DNA of 64,000 nucleotides from Callorhinchus milii (Eukaryota): contig NW_024704743.1 in NCBI RefSeq assembly GCF_018977255.1, positions 70,744,001 to 70,808,000 of the forward strand, in the 5' to 3' direction. The position numbers and the translations under genes are program-made. The notes under the pieces were generated by a model, which saw only the letters and a list, made by a program, of their open reading frames with translations, made no database searches and was not told the origin of the DNA. Every line of letters begins with the position of its first letter. Position 1 is the stretch's first letter. Positions 26,678 to 40,260 of the stretch are shown piece after piece.

Positions 26678-26945
26678 CATAATAATAATAATAATAATCC
26701 TTGCATTTGATATATGTAGCACCTTATCACCTCTTCTAGACGTCTCAAAGCGCTTCACAGAGTATACTGTATATTTGTGAGAGAAATGTGGCAGACAATT
26801 TCGCAGTGTCCTATAAACAGTCGCAGATTGAAGTGACCAATTATTTTTAAAAACCTTTTTTTTGAAGGAATTATTAACGATATTATTAACGAAAAGCAAT
26901 TTGCCAATCGACCAACAACCGGGTTCCTACTTACTGCTAGGCACA
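26678..26945 (-). mobile_element. DeuSINE, long variant, head truncated
   Basis: (aat)n ccttgcatttgata..acaaccgggttcctacttactgctagg. Confidence 0.85.
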
Positions 26946-27410
26946 ACAATAATAATGTATCAGTGCTAAAGTTCTTAAATTTTATTTTAAAAGAAAAAAA
27001 ACACCAGGAGGACGTTACTTTATAACAGGAAGATTGGAATCCTCTTCACTGGAGCTCACCCTGACCTTTAGAGATATTAAATGATGTGAAATTCATTATG
27101 TTCCAAAAAGGCACACCTTGACTTTGATCGTCTTTTGCAGCAAGTGAAAATTAGCAGAGTGCTGTCACAGTTTGTGAAAATGAATAATGCTTGAACAATG
27201 ATCACGTGTCAACTTGTAGTATAGCTATATACTACTCTCAAAATTCAGAACATGAGAGAGATAAAGAAATTCACTGATGTCAGAATGACTAAACTATGCT
27301 TTAAGAAATTCTTTTTTATTTATTAAACCGTAAGTGGCTTTAGTACTGAATTTCATTGGAAGCCTTCATTGTATTTTTTTGCTTACACAGGAACTAGGAT
27401 CAACAAAGAT

Positions 27411-27771
27411 GCTCAGTGGTTAGATCATTCATCTCGCAAGCGAGAGACCTGGGTTCTATTCCCGGCAGGGCAAAATATTGGGCAAGTTTCCTTGCTCCAC
27501 CCACCTCTGTTTATTTAGCAGTAAGTGGGAACCCGGTTGTTAATTCGATTGGCGGATCGCTTTTTCAGGGATAATAATTCCTAAAAAAAACAATAATAAT
27601 TTGGTCACTCAATCCACGACTGTTTGTGGGACACTGCTGCGTGCAATTGGCTGCCGCGTTTCGCCCACAACTACACAGTCAATTCACTTTACAGTATATT
27701 TTGTGAAGCACTTTGAGACGTCTAGAAGACATGAAAAGCCCTATATCAAATGCAAGGATTATTATTATTAT
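27411..27771 (+). mobile_element. tRNA-headed DeuSINE, long variant
   Basis: Same head and Deu block plus an internal ctctgttta..gcagtaagt..ggcggatcgc segment. Confidence 0.9.
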
Positions 27772-27789
27772 AGTGTGGATTTTCAGCAG

Positions 27790-28165
27790 AAGTCTGACCC
27801 AGAAGCCTATTAACGTGCTTAAGAGTAGCCAAACCAAACTGAGAGTACCACATGTTTATTGGAAATTACCCTATGTCTGGAATGGAATGCATACTTTCTG
27901 TCAGGAAAGACTCACCCTGCTTACCTAATCCTGGAAAGGTTTAGTTGCAGGTTGGCAAGAACCAAGGCTTTCAAATCTCAGTATGTGTATTTGGGTGCTG
28001 CTGGTACTTAACAACAACAACAACAACAAAATAACATTTGTATAGTGCCTTTCATGTTGGGAGGACATCCCAAGGTGCTAGTCCAGCTAAAACCATACAG
28101 CTTGCTATTGCAACCACCGGCTGGGAAATATCCTGCTGTTTGTCCAGCTAGGACCACCCTACCTG
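27790..28165 (-). mobile_element. 3' fragment of the unusual LINE family, split by a short L2 tail (~28010-28078)
   Basis: tgcttaagag..ggaatggaatgca..cttacctaatcctggaa..tgtccagctaggaccacccta is the reverse complement of the family 3' region. Confidence 0.6.
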
Positions 28166-30479
28166 CTGGGACATTGTCTTCCAGGATTAATAGGAAGAAT
28201 TCCTGCCCCAGTTTAGCTAATCAACAATCCCCACATGCCATTATTTCCTGCAGAAAGAGCAACAAAATAAAAACTTACACTTATATACTATCTTTCATGT
28301 AGGATGATTAGTTAATTAGTTTTCTCAAAGATACTGGGATCACTGCACATATCTTTGAGAAACTCATTAAATAATAGTTTCAGTGATCATTTGAAGACAT
28401 TGTTTATCCTGCTGCCTCGGGTTCTGTTGCCTCTATAATGCAGGAATAAAGCTTACTCTGCATAAAGCAGTCAATGCATCATGATATTTCTTAACAGGTT
28501 TCTTTAGGAGAAATGTGCTATTATTGAATTTATTAACATTTCTTAGTAAGAAATATGTTTGGAAATACCGCATTTAATCCACAATGTTTATGAATGCAGT
28601 ACTAATTGTATTAAAATGCTTTCTAGGACAAATGTGCTTTCAGTATAACATTGGTAAGGCAGAGAGATGGTAGGCCCCTCAATGAAACAGCTAATTACAG
28701 CACAGGAAATAATCCTCTAATGTTATGAAGGAAGTCCATACACTGAGCTGGAGACATGCCAAGAGTTATGCAATGAAGGTAGGAATGATTGATAATTCAG
28801 TTTTTTTCATAACACGTGTTGCTTTGATTATAAAGTTATTGAATCAATACTCGCATAACTTGTTGGATTGTCACAGTTGCTTATGAATGTCAGGGAATGT
28901 GGTTTAATTTATTGCCAAAAGTTAGATAATGTCTAAGCTTGTGGTTCTACTCTTACTTCCACAGATGATGGACAAGTGGAAGAAATGTCTGAAGAAATCC
29001 CTTAAAACTGAAATAGGACATACAACAATCCCATTCCCCTGACAATCATAAAATTCAACTTCCATGCAGTGCTTCACTCAACAACACAAGGCACTGGACA
29101 TCTCTTGTGGCATTCATGGGGGAGGGATATGACACTCAACACTAAAACAGGAGAAATAGTTGGTTAGCACTTGGCTTTGAATGCAGAGAAATTAAGATGC
29201 AGAGAAGTTTTAAGACAAAATTAGATAGGTTTCTTTTAGGAAATAATATCTTGGGATACAATATGTAGTTTGGGACACGACATGTGCATGCGACTACTAC
29301 AATGGTGGAAGGCGAATTGAATGGACGTTGGTCTTCTTTCGCCTAGCAAATTCTTATGTTCTTAAGTTTGACCTTTGACTGCCAATTGATCTCTGGATTC
29401 ATTGGAAGAGACATTAGGTTACTCATTTGCTCCATGTAATGGAAGCATTGGGCAACTTGACTAAAGCACATTCAGAGCCATGTAGGGTGTGTATGAGGAT
29501 ATGGGCCTTTTTTCCATGTTATACAGTCCATGCAATTCTATGAATACAAATTGGTAAACTGCCAAGAATCTTGTAAACACAAGCTCACTGTTACCTCTTT
29601 TCTGAATCGGCAATTTGCACAAAAGATTCCTATCTCAGCTGTTTAGGTCACTCACTGAGGCAGATGCGTATTTTTTTGATAGTAGTGTGATAATTATATT
29701 TCAGGGTTGGTTTTAATTGTTGCCATAAAGAAAAAAAAAATTCCCACTAGAGATAGACTTTTAAGTGCCTTGGGACTTCCTCACAATGTGAAAAGCATTT
29801 TATAAGTATAAATTTATATTGTATAGCTAGTGCATTAGAATAATTTGTTATCCTGAAATTTTAAATCTCATCATGGAAAATATTATTCCCCAAAATAATT
29901 TACAATAAAATCAGTAAATGAATATTGTGGTCTAGATAATATACTACCTGGCCAGCATTCTGTTCTTCAACACTACTGTCTAAAACCAATCAAGTATTTT
30001 GTTGCAGAAAGTTAGGTGCCCACCTTTTGGAAAGGATATCAGTGGAAATACTATAAAAATTGTATAAGCGTATATATTTTTGTGCTGTTCTCTGAACATT
30101 AATTTTTCACAGTTGAAGGTTTGAACAGGACACAGAGAATATTTTTCAAATAATGTCATGGGAGCTTTCATATTCACCTGAAGAGGGAAGACAGGACCTT
30201 GGTTTAACATCGCATCTGACATTGCAGCACAGACTAGACATGATCTCAGATTTGCTTTGCGTGTGTGAGCCACAGAATGTAAAGAAGAAATGGTTGCATC
30301 TGATTGGTATTTGTGTTGAAAATACTGCTTTGTTTCTTAAGAATCTCTTCAATTTATATCAAGGACGCTTTTCTATACTTGATTGTTTGACTTCTTTAGT
30401 TTCAAATCTATTTTCAGCCCTTAGGTTTAAAAACCTTGAGGCTTTCTGAAAACAATGGGGGGGAATTTAATGCTTCCAT

Positions 30480-30830
30480 TCTCAAGGTGACATGCCTGGC
30501 AACATGATGGTCTCGGTAGTCTGGTTCCTCAGCCAGGCAAGTCCGTAGTATTCCAGGGCACTGCTGATAATTGCCAGCCTAGCTCAGCAGCAGGACTTGG
30601 AAGGGCAGACCCGTCTCTGGGGCAAGGATGCTTCTGACTCAGCTCCTGTTAGCCCTACAAGCCAAAGACCTAATGCCTCAGGTGGTCCTAATTGGTCAAG
30701 CAGTGGGAACGCTTGCCAGACAGTGCTCTCAAGGGCAAGATATGCGATTGTAGCTGGCTAGACTAAGCAGTATCCCATCGCACACTCCCCAAGTCTTGGC
30801 TTTTGCCACCCTGTGCCTAATACTCTCAGA
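30480..30830 (+). mobile_element. 3' fragment of the unusual LINE family
   Basis: caaggtgacatg...actcagctcctgttag...ggtggtccta...gcttgccagacagtg, matching 25501-25790 and 61350-61660. Confidence 0.65.
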
Positions 30831-31479
30831 CAAAATAGTCAATTGTGTCTTTATTGTCTTTGAGAGATATTCAAGACTTAATATATTCACTATTGACCTT
30901 TGGGGAGCCTGTCACATATGACTGTTCACACCTTTGCAAATATTTAGGAGGAAAGAAAGTTTGTTGAATTCCAAATTCCAAGCTTTTAATATGTGTATTA
31001 ATTCTTACATAGACTTGGGCACCACAGGTTTGTAATGAATATAAGCACTGTATTAATCTTTAATGGTTTGGGCCCAGTTAAGTATTATTATGTTTACCCA
31101 GTTAACATAACAAAACACAACAAATATCTGCTGCAGCTGAGCGTTGATCTCACAGCCTTAGAAACAACACAGTATGTGAAGTCAAAGTATGCCCCTTCCA
31201 ACAATTACTATTCATAAATTCAAAGGAAGGGTTTGAATGCTACTACTCTTCATTTTTTGTCTGCCTAAAATGCTTTGTATGACATCGGGAGTAAAATTAA
31301 AAGGCCATCATCATAATACTCTGCAAATTAGAGACAATATAACATTGTAATGGAATGTTTATCCAAAAATTGTCTCCTTTCTCTCCTGGCTTTCTGCTAA
31401 TTCAGCAGTACCTATGCTTCTGCTCACATTAGCTCCAATTTGTAATGGCAACAATATTAGCAGTCCATTTATGTGTTCA

Positions 31480-31872
31480 CCTGGTGCAATGGTAGTACTT
31501 TCGCCTCTGAGTAAGAAGGTTGTGGCTTCAAACCCCACATTGAGACTTGCAACCCCATAGTCTAAACTCACACTCAGTGCAGTTCTGGGGGTGTGTTACA
31601 TTGTTGGAAGTGCTATCCTTCGGATGAAATGTTATACCGAGTTCCCATCTACCTGATCTACCTGGATGTTAAAGATCTCATAGCACTATTTGAAAAGAGA
31701 AGGGAGTTTCCCCTGGATATTTGTGGGATATTGTGCACAAATGGCCGCCTTGTTTCGCTCACAAAATACACAATCAATCCATTTTACAGTATATCCTGTG
31801 AAACGTTTGAGATGTCTCAATGATGTAATAAGGCTCTATGTCAAATGGAAGGATTATTATTTATTATTATTA
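31480..31872 (+). mobile_element. Older SacSINE1-like DeuSINE
   Basis: ggtagtactttcgcctctgagtaagaaggttgtgg head; cggatgaaatgtta..gcactatttgaaaagaga body; (tta)n tail. Confidence 0.8.
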
Positions 31873-32259
31873 TGTGTGGTCAAAGCGACAATTTTGATTT
31901 GAACGTACAACCTTCTCAATGCTGAGGCTAGTGTGCTAGCAACTGAGCCAGACCTACATCTACTTTTTTGAAATGATTCTCATGTTATTAAACATTTAAA
32001 TCTAAAGAACATTTGTTCTCATCTGTTCCTATTTGAAATACTAATCTTCTATTTGGGTATATATAGGATGTAATTTTTTTGGTATGACTTTGCTCAGGGT
32101 TACAGTTACAATACAGCATCACAAAATGCTGCAGTACAAATTAGCATGCTTTGTCAGGAAGTAATTACGTTGATATTTGAATGAAATATTAAACCTCTAG
32201 AATATTATCTACTTGCTCCCTCTTCATCCTTTACCCCAACATGGAGCCATGTATTTACA

Positions 32260-33025
32260 TGAGTGGCCGAAGGCATGATCGAAGAGGAAGGTCTTTAGAC
32301 GGGACTTGAAGGAGGCAAGAGAGGGATTGAGGCGGAGGGATATGCGGGACAGAGTTCCAGAGTGTGGGGCAAAAATGCTGAATGCCTGACCACCAATGGT
32401 GGGTCGGGAAGTGCGGGGGACCTGAAGCAGGCCAGTGCCACCAAGCAGAGGGAGCGGACTGGTTGATATGGGGTTATGAGATCGGAAAGGTAGGGGGGAG
32501 CAAGACCATGGAGGGCTTTGAAGATAAGATAGAGGGCTTTGAACTTGACTCTGTAAGGGATGGGGAGCCATCCCGGGCAAGGGTGGGGGTAATTGAAGCC
32601 GGGCAAGGGTGGGGGTAATTGGTTCGCAGAGCCTGGTGCTGGAGAGGACCCAAGCTGCAGAGTTCTGAATACTCTGCAGCTTTTGGAGGGAAGAGTTAGG
32701 AAGTCCAGTGAGCAGGCAGTTGGCATAGTCAAGCTGGAATGTGATGAAAACGTGGATAAGAGTCTCGGTGGCGTGCGATGAGAGGCAGTGGTGGAGGTGG
32801 GAAAAGGCAGAACGAGGTTCCATATTAGCTCAGTGATGTGTAGAGTGCAACCACGAATAGTGATATTGTCAGTGCCTGAGGTGATGAGGCCATGACAGAA
32901 GCCAAGCAGGAAGGCCTCTGACTTGCAATATTCAGCTGGAGAAAGTTGATTCTCATCCAGGACTTGATGTCTGACAGACAATTACCCAGGACAGCAGCAG
33001 TCCTGGAGTCGAGGGTGGAGGTTCT
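32260..33025 (-). mobile_element. L2 ORF2 3' fragment
   Basis: CLSDIKSWMRINFLQLN, LDYANCLLTGLPNSSLQKLQSIQNSAAWVL. Confidence 0.9.
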
Positions 33026-34124
33026 GTAACTGTGGTACAACCACTCTACTTATATTCAATAGGATCTAAAAGTAAGATGTGGTATATCACAAACGAGAAC
33101 AATGGACTGTTTACAGTGTTTTCCTAATTTTAGACTATTTGAAGCCGCATTTTCTCAGCTTAACAGAGTAACACGAAACTGCCAAACATTTTGAGGCTGT
33201 CAGCAATATATCAACATCCACCATTGCTCCAAGCCCTTTGGTTTCTGAGCACATCTTAAATCATTCCCATTCCCATTATTAGAATGTCAGTATATTTTTG
33301 TGGCTACAAAGTCAAAATCCAACCTATGACAATGGTCACACTGATTAAAATTGCAGTCAAACAAGTTGATAATTTTTGACTGTCCATGGGGATTTAACTC
33401 AACTGCCACATACATACACTAACAGCTTGGGCAGAATTCTTGGGCCTAAAGCCAGCCAAAAGACTTTGCTGGCTACCGTTGCTATCACCAAAGCCAGTGG
33501 CCACAGTCAATGTTATTACAAACACATTTGAGGACTGTGTCAGAGGATACAAGCTTAAACATGCTCAGCTTTACATGTGTACAATTTGTTTAGGACCAAC
33601 AGAAAACACAGGAAATTAGAACAAGAGAAGGCTGTTCAGCCCATTGAGCCTATCACTGTGACTAAGTGAAATGTTAAGGATTTATTGTATATTTTCCATG
33701 TGTTTCAATTTCTCATTCTTAATTTATGTTCACAAGCCAGATAACGTTGGTATTGGTTTTCCAACAAATACACAGTCACAATACACTTTACAGTAAAACA
33801 AGCAGCCAGGACTACACCTATCAGTAATGCACGAAATATGAATTAGCTTGAAGTGTTTTGAGACATTTTGATGACATGATAAGGCCCTATATCAAATTCA
33901 AGGATTATTATTTTTAGCAGTAAATAAGATAAATTAGTATTATTTTTAGAAATAATGACCAAACTAAATAAAGCAGGTTCTGGTTTTCTTTCAATTTCAT
34001 GCCAATCCATATTTTGTGTAGTACAGATAGGTGCAGTCATTGCAGCTTGTTTAATGCTTAGACAAACAGCAGCAGACTCTGCGCAAATTCAGTCAACAAC
34101 CCAAAGCCTCTTTTTCTCAAACAG

Positions 34125-34252
34125 AAAAATACAAGGGAAGAGGCAAAGCAGGAACACATTTAAATTCAGCTCGCAGAAGGAGTCGAGCTGTTCTTTATCA
34201 CATTTCTGGCCATCTGCAAAAGCGAGAGAAGAACAAATTAAAGATTAATAAT
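34125..34252 (+). CDS. KCNH8: KCNH8 internal exon (exon 4 equivalent), 128 bp
   Basis: Acceptor tttttctcaaacag, donor gtgagt. Phase continues the previous exon: [43 protein letters not shown]. The ORF track shows only a wrong frame here. Confidence 0.96.
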
Positions 34253-35092
34253 GTGAGTACATTAATAACTGTATATTTTACTTCTGGTTGCCAATAGAGC
34301 CCAAATGAAGATGGAAAGTGTGCTTTATTGCTGTTTAATTATACATTGTTAAGTGTAATTAAATCTTGTGCCTTTTCTGGATGCAGTAACTCTTCTATGG
34401 CGATAACAATGTGGAAACAACATATTAACAGAGATCAAAGTTAGTGATTGCCAAGTTCAAGGACCACGAGTTTTCGTTCATTTTCTAGCAATGCATTTAA
34501 TAGAATTGTCCCATAATTCTAATGTCAACATGCTGCCCGGTACTGAAATGGCTTCCTTCAAAGAGCGTTTTCAGCAGTGACTTGTTCAGCTCAGCTATTA
34601 ACAGCTGGGTCCCAATGTGAACCTTTAATTCACTTGGAACCTTCAGACTTGGCAACTTATAAATTGAACTGCGAGATTAGTTATATTGACTTGAGCTGAA
34701 CTAAGCATTTTTCCCACACAGGGTCACAAGAAATGCAGTGTGGTCCTGCTGACCAAGCAAACCTTTAAAACAAGTATAAAACCAAGAATAAAATGTGCTG
34801 AATATCATTTCTTTTGAAAATGAGGAAATATTAGTGTGGGAAATCCTCACCAGTAACTGAGGATAACAGGGACCTAATATATTTGAGAATTTTGTGTTGT
34901 GATATTTTGGTTTTATCAAGGTTGTAGTATGGTGCATCCTACCTATCCTAGCTAAGGCTTGGACCCACAGGGTCCAGAACTTATCCAAACCTTTAAGTGC
35001 CTTCAACGAGATAGATAATGTGGTTAACCATCAAAAATGTTTTGTATTTCTGTGGGCTTGTCCCTTGCCAGTTAAATCCGAGGGAGATCCCG

Positions 35093-35192
35093 CACACCCC
35101 CACCCCCACTCTGTCACACACCCACACACACCTCCCCCCACACACACACATACACACACACAGACACACACACACCCCACACACACTTACAC
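35093..35192 (+). repeat. Imperfect (CA)n microsatellite
   Basis: CA- and CCCA-rich run about 200 bp upstream of exon 5. Confidence 0.85.
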
Positions 35193-35396
35193 TTATTTTC
35201 TAAATCACAAGATCTCCAGAGAGATATGGATGAAGAAAGCTCTTCTGCCCATTTGATCACATCCTTTTCAAATACCAACACGATGATCTTCTTAGTACAG
35301 AATTAAACTTTTTTTTACAAATGAGTATTAAACTATATTTCACTAAATGTACGTTTTGAAACATTTAACAAAAATAACCGTCTTATTCCTCTACAG

Positions 35397-35640
35397 AATG
35401 TTTTTAGAAACAAGCCACCACTGCCAGAGTACAAGGTTGCAGATGCAAAAAAGTCGAAATTCATCCTTTTGCATTACAGCATTTTTAAAGCTTGGTGGGA
35501 CTGGCTTATATTATTGGCAACGTTTTATGTTGCTGTGACTGTACCATATAATGTTTGTTTTATTGGCATTGATGAAAACTTGCCTACAGCACGAAGCACA
35601 ACAGTTAGTGACATTGCGGTCGAAATTCTGTTCATCATAG
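35397..35640 (+). CDS. KCNH8: KCNH8 internal exon (exon 5 equivalent), S1-S2, 244 bp
   Basis: Acceptor ttcctctacag, donor gtaaga. [81 protein letters not shown]. Confidence 0.97.
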
Positions 35641-36926
35641 GTAAGAAGACATTTTTCTTATTGACTTCTAGTTTAGTTAGCAATCAGCAGTTATGCATGT
35701 CCTGTAAATCTGTGTTAATGAAGCAATTATGGTTTACCACAATTGGTCCAAACTAAATCAGTTAATAGGGAAAATATCACAATAGAATCAGAATATGCTG
35801 AATTAAATCACTCGGTTTAGAATGACATGAGCGAACATTAGAATGTACACTTACATTTATTATTTTTTCTGTCTTTTCCATACAACACTGCTTTTTTTAC
35901 CTTCCATATACAGCATAAACATTGACAATTGCAAACCTTGTTCTGACTCAATTCACTTTGAAATGACCCTGTCCCTATCTGTAACTTTTATTTTTTTGTG
36001 TTGAAAGAATTGGCAGATATCGCCCATAAATATGTTATATAGAAAATTGGGGACACCTCAAAGAAAATGTAGGGCATTAGTCAGATCACAAGCAAACAAA
36101 GCTTCACTTGAGACATTTACAACAATTTTCTGGACCCCAAGTTGAGATTGGAGCCTTAAAATCACCCACAGGCTATTTTGTTATGTTTTTATAATGTACA
36201 TTCTGAAGCTGATAGAATATTTTTTACAAGCAGTTTTCTTTTCTTTTCCAAGAGAGACTCTTAGGTCATTGACATCTAATAACATTCACACTGATGGATT
36301 AATCATTGTTAGTACAGTAAACTGCAGTTGAGATAAATTGCACGTTGATCGAGAAATACTGCACCCAGGGAATAGTATTAAAAAATAACAGATGGCTCAA
36401 ATACTGATGAATTAATAAAGTATATGCAGTCACGCATTGGATTTCAGATTCCTTGGCTATGCCTCCAATGAGCATGCTGACTCTAAACTAATTTAGTGGC
36501 ACATACATGCACCTTCGTACTGCTTCTGACTCAGTCCCTGCAAGTTCATGAGGTAATAAATCTAAACATGCAATCTAAACATTCCTTGAGCTTCAAGGAG
36601 AGAATCGATACTTGACACCCTTGGAACTGATTGATGTTCCACCTATTGTACTATTGAATGAATAATGCTTTAAAAATGAACTGGACCAGTAGGTAAATGG
36701 AGTAAACTCATTTTTTGTAATAACTATCTCAAGGAATGTGTTGTGAAACGCTTCAAATTTCACGCCGATATATTTTAACACGATACTGGATTTTTTTAAG
36801 ACTATTCTGCTGATAGCATATTTAAGCAAACCTGTTTATTCAGTTTGTGATATACCTTCCTCAGACAGTTGTATTCTTATCAATGCAAATGCCGTGCACA
36901 TCAAAATAGCCATTTTTAAAAGTAAT

Positions 36927-37360
36927 GGTCAGCCTGGTGTTTGACACGTGGAAACTCATCACCATGCTTAAGAGTCTCGAAAGTAGACCGAGCTCCACAC
37001 GTTCATGCCACCTACAAAAAGATATTTCCCTGTGTCTGGAATGGAATGTGCACTCTCTCCCTGGAGGTATGCATCTTGCTTACCTAATTCAGGAGAGTAT
37101 TAGATACAGGTTGGTGAGAGTTAGGATTTTGGGGACCCCAGCATGTGCGTTGGGATACTGCTGGAATTTAATGCACTTGTTTGCCCAGCTGGGACCACCT
37201 TTAAGGGCTTTGGCTTACAGAGCTGACAAGAACCAAGAAACCATGCCCCCAAGACTTCCTCATGAACCAAACTGGCTGATCTGTCATTAGCAGTGCCTTG
37301 GAGTACTGTGGAGCCACCTGGCTCAGAAACTGGACAACTGAGGCCACAACAGGGAGTCAA
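36927..37360 (-). mobile_element. 3' end of the unusual LINE family
   Basis: Reverse-complement match to 25600-25962, including the terminus ...gtgtcaaacaccaggctgacc. Confidence 0.6.
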
Positions 37361-38499
37361 TTGGATTCCACCATTCTGTTGTCAGTTTACTTGTTATAAA
37401 ATAGTTTACCAAAACACTTCTAATATGTGCTGACATCTTTAAATCAGTTTTAGCGGGACACCTGATCATTAGGCCCCTGATCATTAGGTGTATTAAAATT
37501 TATTTTTAAAACGACAGATCATTTGGGATGCTTTCAAGTTTGAAGTAAAATTGAGTATAATATAGAAATAGAAGAAACTAAACTAAGCTTAGATTATTTT
37601 TTCTGTAAGTCTCTTGACAAAATAGCATTAAAAAATTGTGTATTGATCTTTAATTTGTATGTTTTACACCATTTTTTTCCCTCCAATTTCTTCCCTTTCC
37701 TTCCTCTCCTAAAGACTCCTATTTACCTACTAATGGGATTCACTTTTACTTCCATCGGTTGTATTCCATTATATTAGCCAAGTAGGTTTTATTAATGTGT
37801 AAGCTTTACAGTGAACACTGGCAGGTAATTTATCCACAGGGGTTATTGAAGCTGAGCATGACTATTCTCACTCAACTCCTTCACATGTGCACCTTCCATC
37901 GAAGGGAGAGGCGGAGGATGCGGTGGGGGAAGGGGGAGGGAGGGGAGTGGTAGTACTGACCACTAGGTGAGGACTAGCTCCACAATCTACTCATGTTGAT
38001 GTTCCAAGGTAATACTCTGCACATTGATGACTTTTGATGACTTTGGCAGTGTGAGTTTATAATGGGAAAATCTCATTACAAACTCACACCTTCATTGTTG
38101 TTAAAGTGCACTGAACAGCAGAGCACCTAACCCATAGCTGCAAGGACCACACATTTTCTAATGATTGGAGTATCATTCCAGGTTATTCAACTCAACATTT
38201 CATCTACTCTTGTCTTGAGTTTTAGAGAATGCTTCAATTCAATCCTAATTTGGAAGCTGGTTTTTGCCTTTCTTAGAAAGAATAGACTCCATATAAGCCT
38301 AAATTTAAGAATTTTCCACAGTTCTGGGCCATCTTAAATTTTAAGGCAAAATAGTCTTATAGGCTAAAACTGGGTACAATTTCAAGACAACTCAGTTTAG
38401 ATTCCTCAATGAATATTCTGACTTATTACCTACAAATTCCTATCATTGCATGGCTAAAACATGTCACAATTTTACATATGTATAAAAACAGAATCTTGA

Positions 38500-38873
38500 A
38501 CATACATGACCCAAAGCAAACTCCTTACCCACATCTCACCAATTCTGGCCAGGCTCCATTGGCTCTCCATCACTGAACGGATCGACTTCAAGATCCTCAA
38601 ACTCATATTCAAATACATTTACCCCCAGGGACCTCCCTACCTCTCTGACCTCCTCACTCCCCAATCCACCACTCACTGCCTCCGCTCGTCCCTCGTAACC
38701 TCTGCCCCACCATCGGAGGTTGCGCTTTCAGCCATCATGCGCCAAAGACATTCCTCTTCGACCATGTCTTTGCCCACCCTCCACACCTCCTGACCCCAAC
38801 TCCCTGCTTGGTCCAAAACCCTGTTTGTCTTTCCGATGTGAAGCGCGCTATGCAAGTATAAGTTGTTGTTGTT
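38500..38873 (+). mobile_element. L2 3' fragment
   Basis: HISPILARLHWLSITERIDFKIL; (ttg)n tail. Confidence 0.85.
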
Positions 38874-39144
38874 GGCCTGCAGGTTAGGGACATATGCACA
38901 TCTGTGGGTTTGCTTAGATTATCATGATCCCACTTTGCTTCTCCAGGCATATCTCCTCATGCTCCTCCTCCTCCAATTCAGACTCAGGAAACACCACTTA
39001 CCTCCTCCCAAAGAGTGATATTATGCAGACATGGTACTTATTTTGTCAATCTCAAAATGCTGAATTGAGCTACTGGGATTCAAATCCAGTCACAAGTGAC
39101 CCAGCTGACACAGCTGCAGAATAACCTGAGGTATTCTCGTGTAT

Positions 39145-39645
39145 ACAACAACAACTAATTACATTTGTATAGAGCCTTTTACATTACGAGGACGTCCCAA
39201 GGGCTGGACAGTTAGTGATCCACACCCGAAATGGTGGTTGGGATCAGGAGAGGGGGAGGATAAGGGTAGGAGGATGACTGAAAGCACGATCGAAGAGGAG
39301 GATCTTGAGACGGGTATTGAAGGAAGCAAAGGAGGTGGGGGGTAGAGGGACTGTGGGATGGAGTTCCAGAGGGTGGGGGCAGAGTGGCTGCCAATGATGG
39401 GGTGAGCAAGGCGGGGACGTGAAGCAGGCTGGAGCCCGCTGAGCAGAGGGAGTGAGCAGGATGGTATGGGGTTAGGATGTCACAGAGGTAGGAGAGAGCA
39501 AGGCCATGAAGGGCTTTGAAAGTAAGAACCAGGATCTTGAACTGTATCCTCTGTGTGATGGGAAGCCAGAGGTGTCAGGTGAGGATGGGGGTGATAGGGT
39601 CACGGAGCCTGGTGCGGGAGAAGGCACAGGCTGCAGAGTACTGGA
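39145..39645 (-). mobile_element. L2 3' fragment
   Basis: (caa)n tail; reverse complement similar to 16105-16575. Confidence 0.85.
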
Positions 39646-39649
39646 CCTG

Positions 39650-40260
39650 TAGCCTGTGGAGCTTAGTGGGAAGAATCCCTGCCCCTCGAGATTGATCTGC
39701 GCCTCCATGTCCTCCTGATGAGCCAGGCTGGCTGGACTGTCACCAGCAAGTCCTGGAGTACTACAGACCGGTCTGGCTTAGGAACTGGACTGCAGACTAT
39801 CACAGAGAGTGGACTCAATTTTGACGGCAAACATGTCACCTTGGAGACAAGGAGACACCACGTATCTCCCCCAACCAAGAAAGATAGTCACTCGAAGGTC
39901 ATTTCTAGCTTTCTATACTATAGTATCTGGAGCTACTTTGCAGTTTCCCAAATTTTGCTTCTTTAACCTCCGCAGTCCAGCCCCTTCATTGCCTTCATAG
40001 CGCAGATTTGTGTCCTCACTAAAGTGGATGGAAGGGAGCAGGAATTCCCCACAAGCTTTCTGCTGGGCAGCACAGTTCAGCATGAAAAGCGTGAGAGAGT
40101 TGCTACCATCTTCTTACCCACAACTCAGACACACGGACCTTATGATGGGAAGAAGCTGGAGCAGCAGCTGTTTACTTCTAAATCAAAGTGGGTCATTCCC
40201 ACAGGGGATCAGTGAGGTTACAAACAGCTTTCTATGTTGTAGCCATTTACCGAATGTTGC
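39650..40260 (-). mobile_element. Fragment of the same unusual LINE (zinc-knuckle C-terminus plus 3' region)
   Basis: Minus translation LLP..SVCLSCG*EDGSNSLTLFMLNC (decayed CCHC-like). Nucleotide similarity to 61150-61560. Confidence 0.65.

Noticed and set aside
37925..37945. G-quadruplex motif G5-G5-G3-G4
   Set aside because: The motif is present but such runs are common, and nothing supports a function here.
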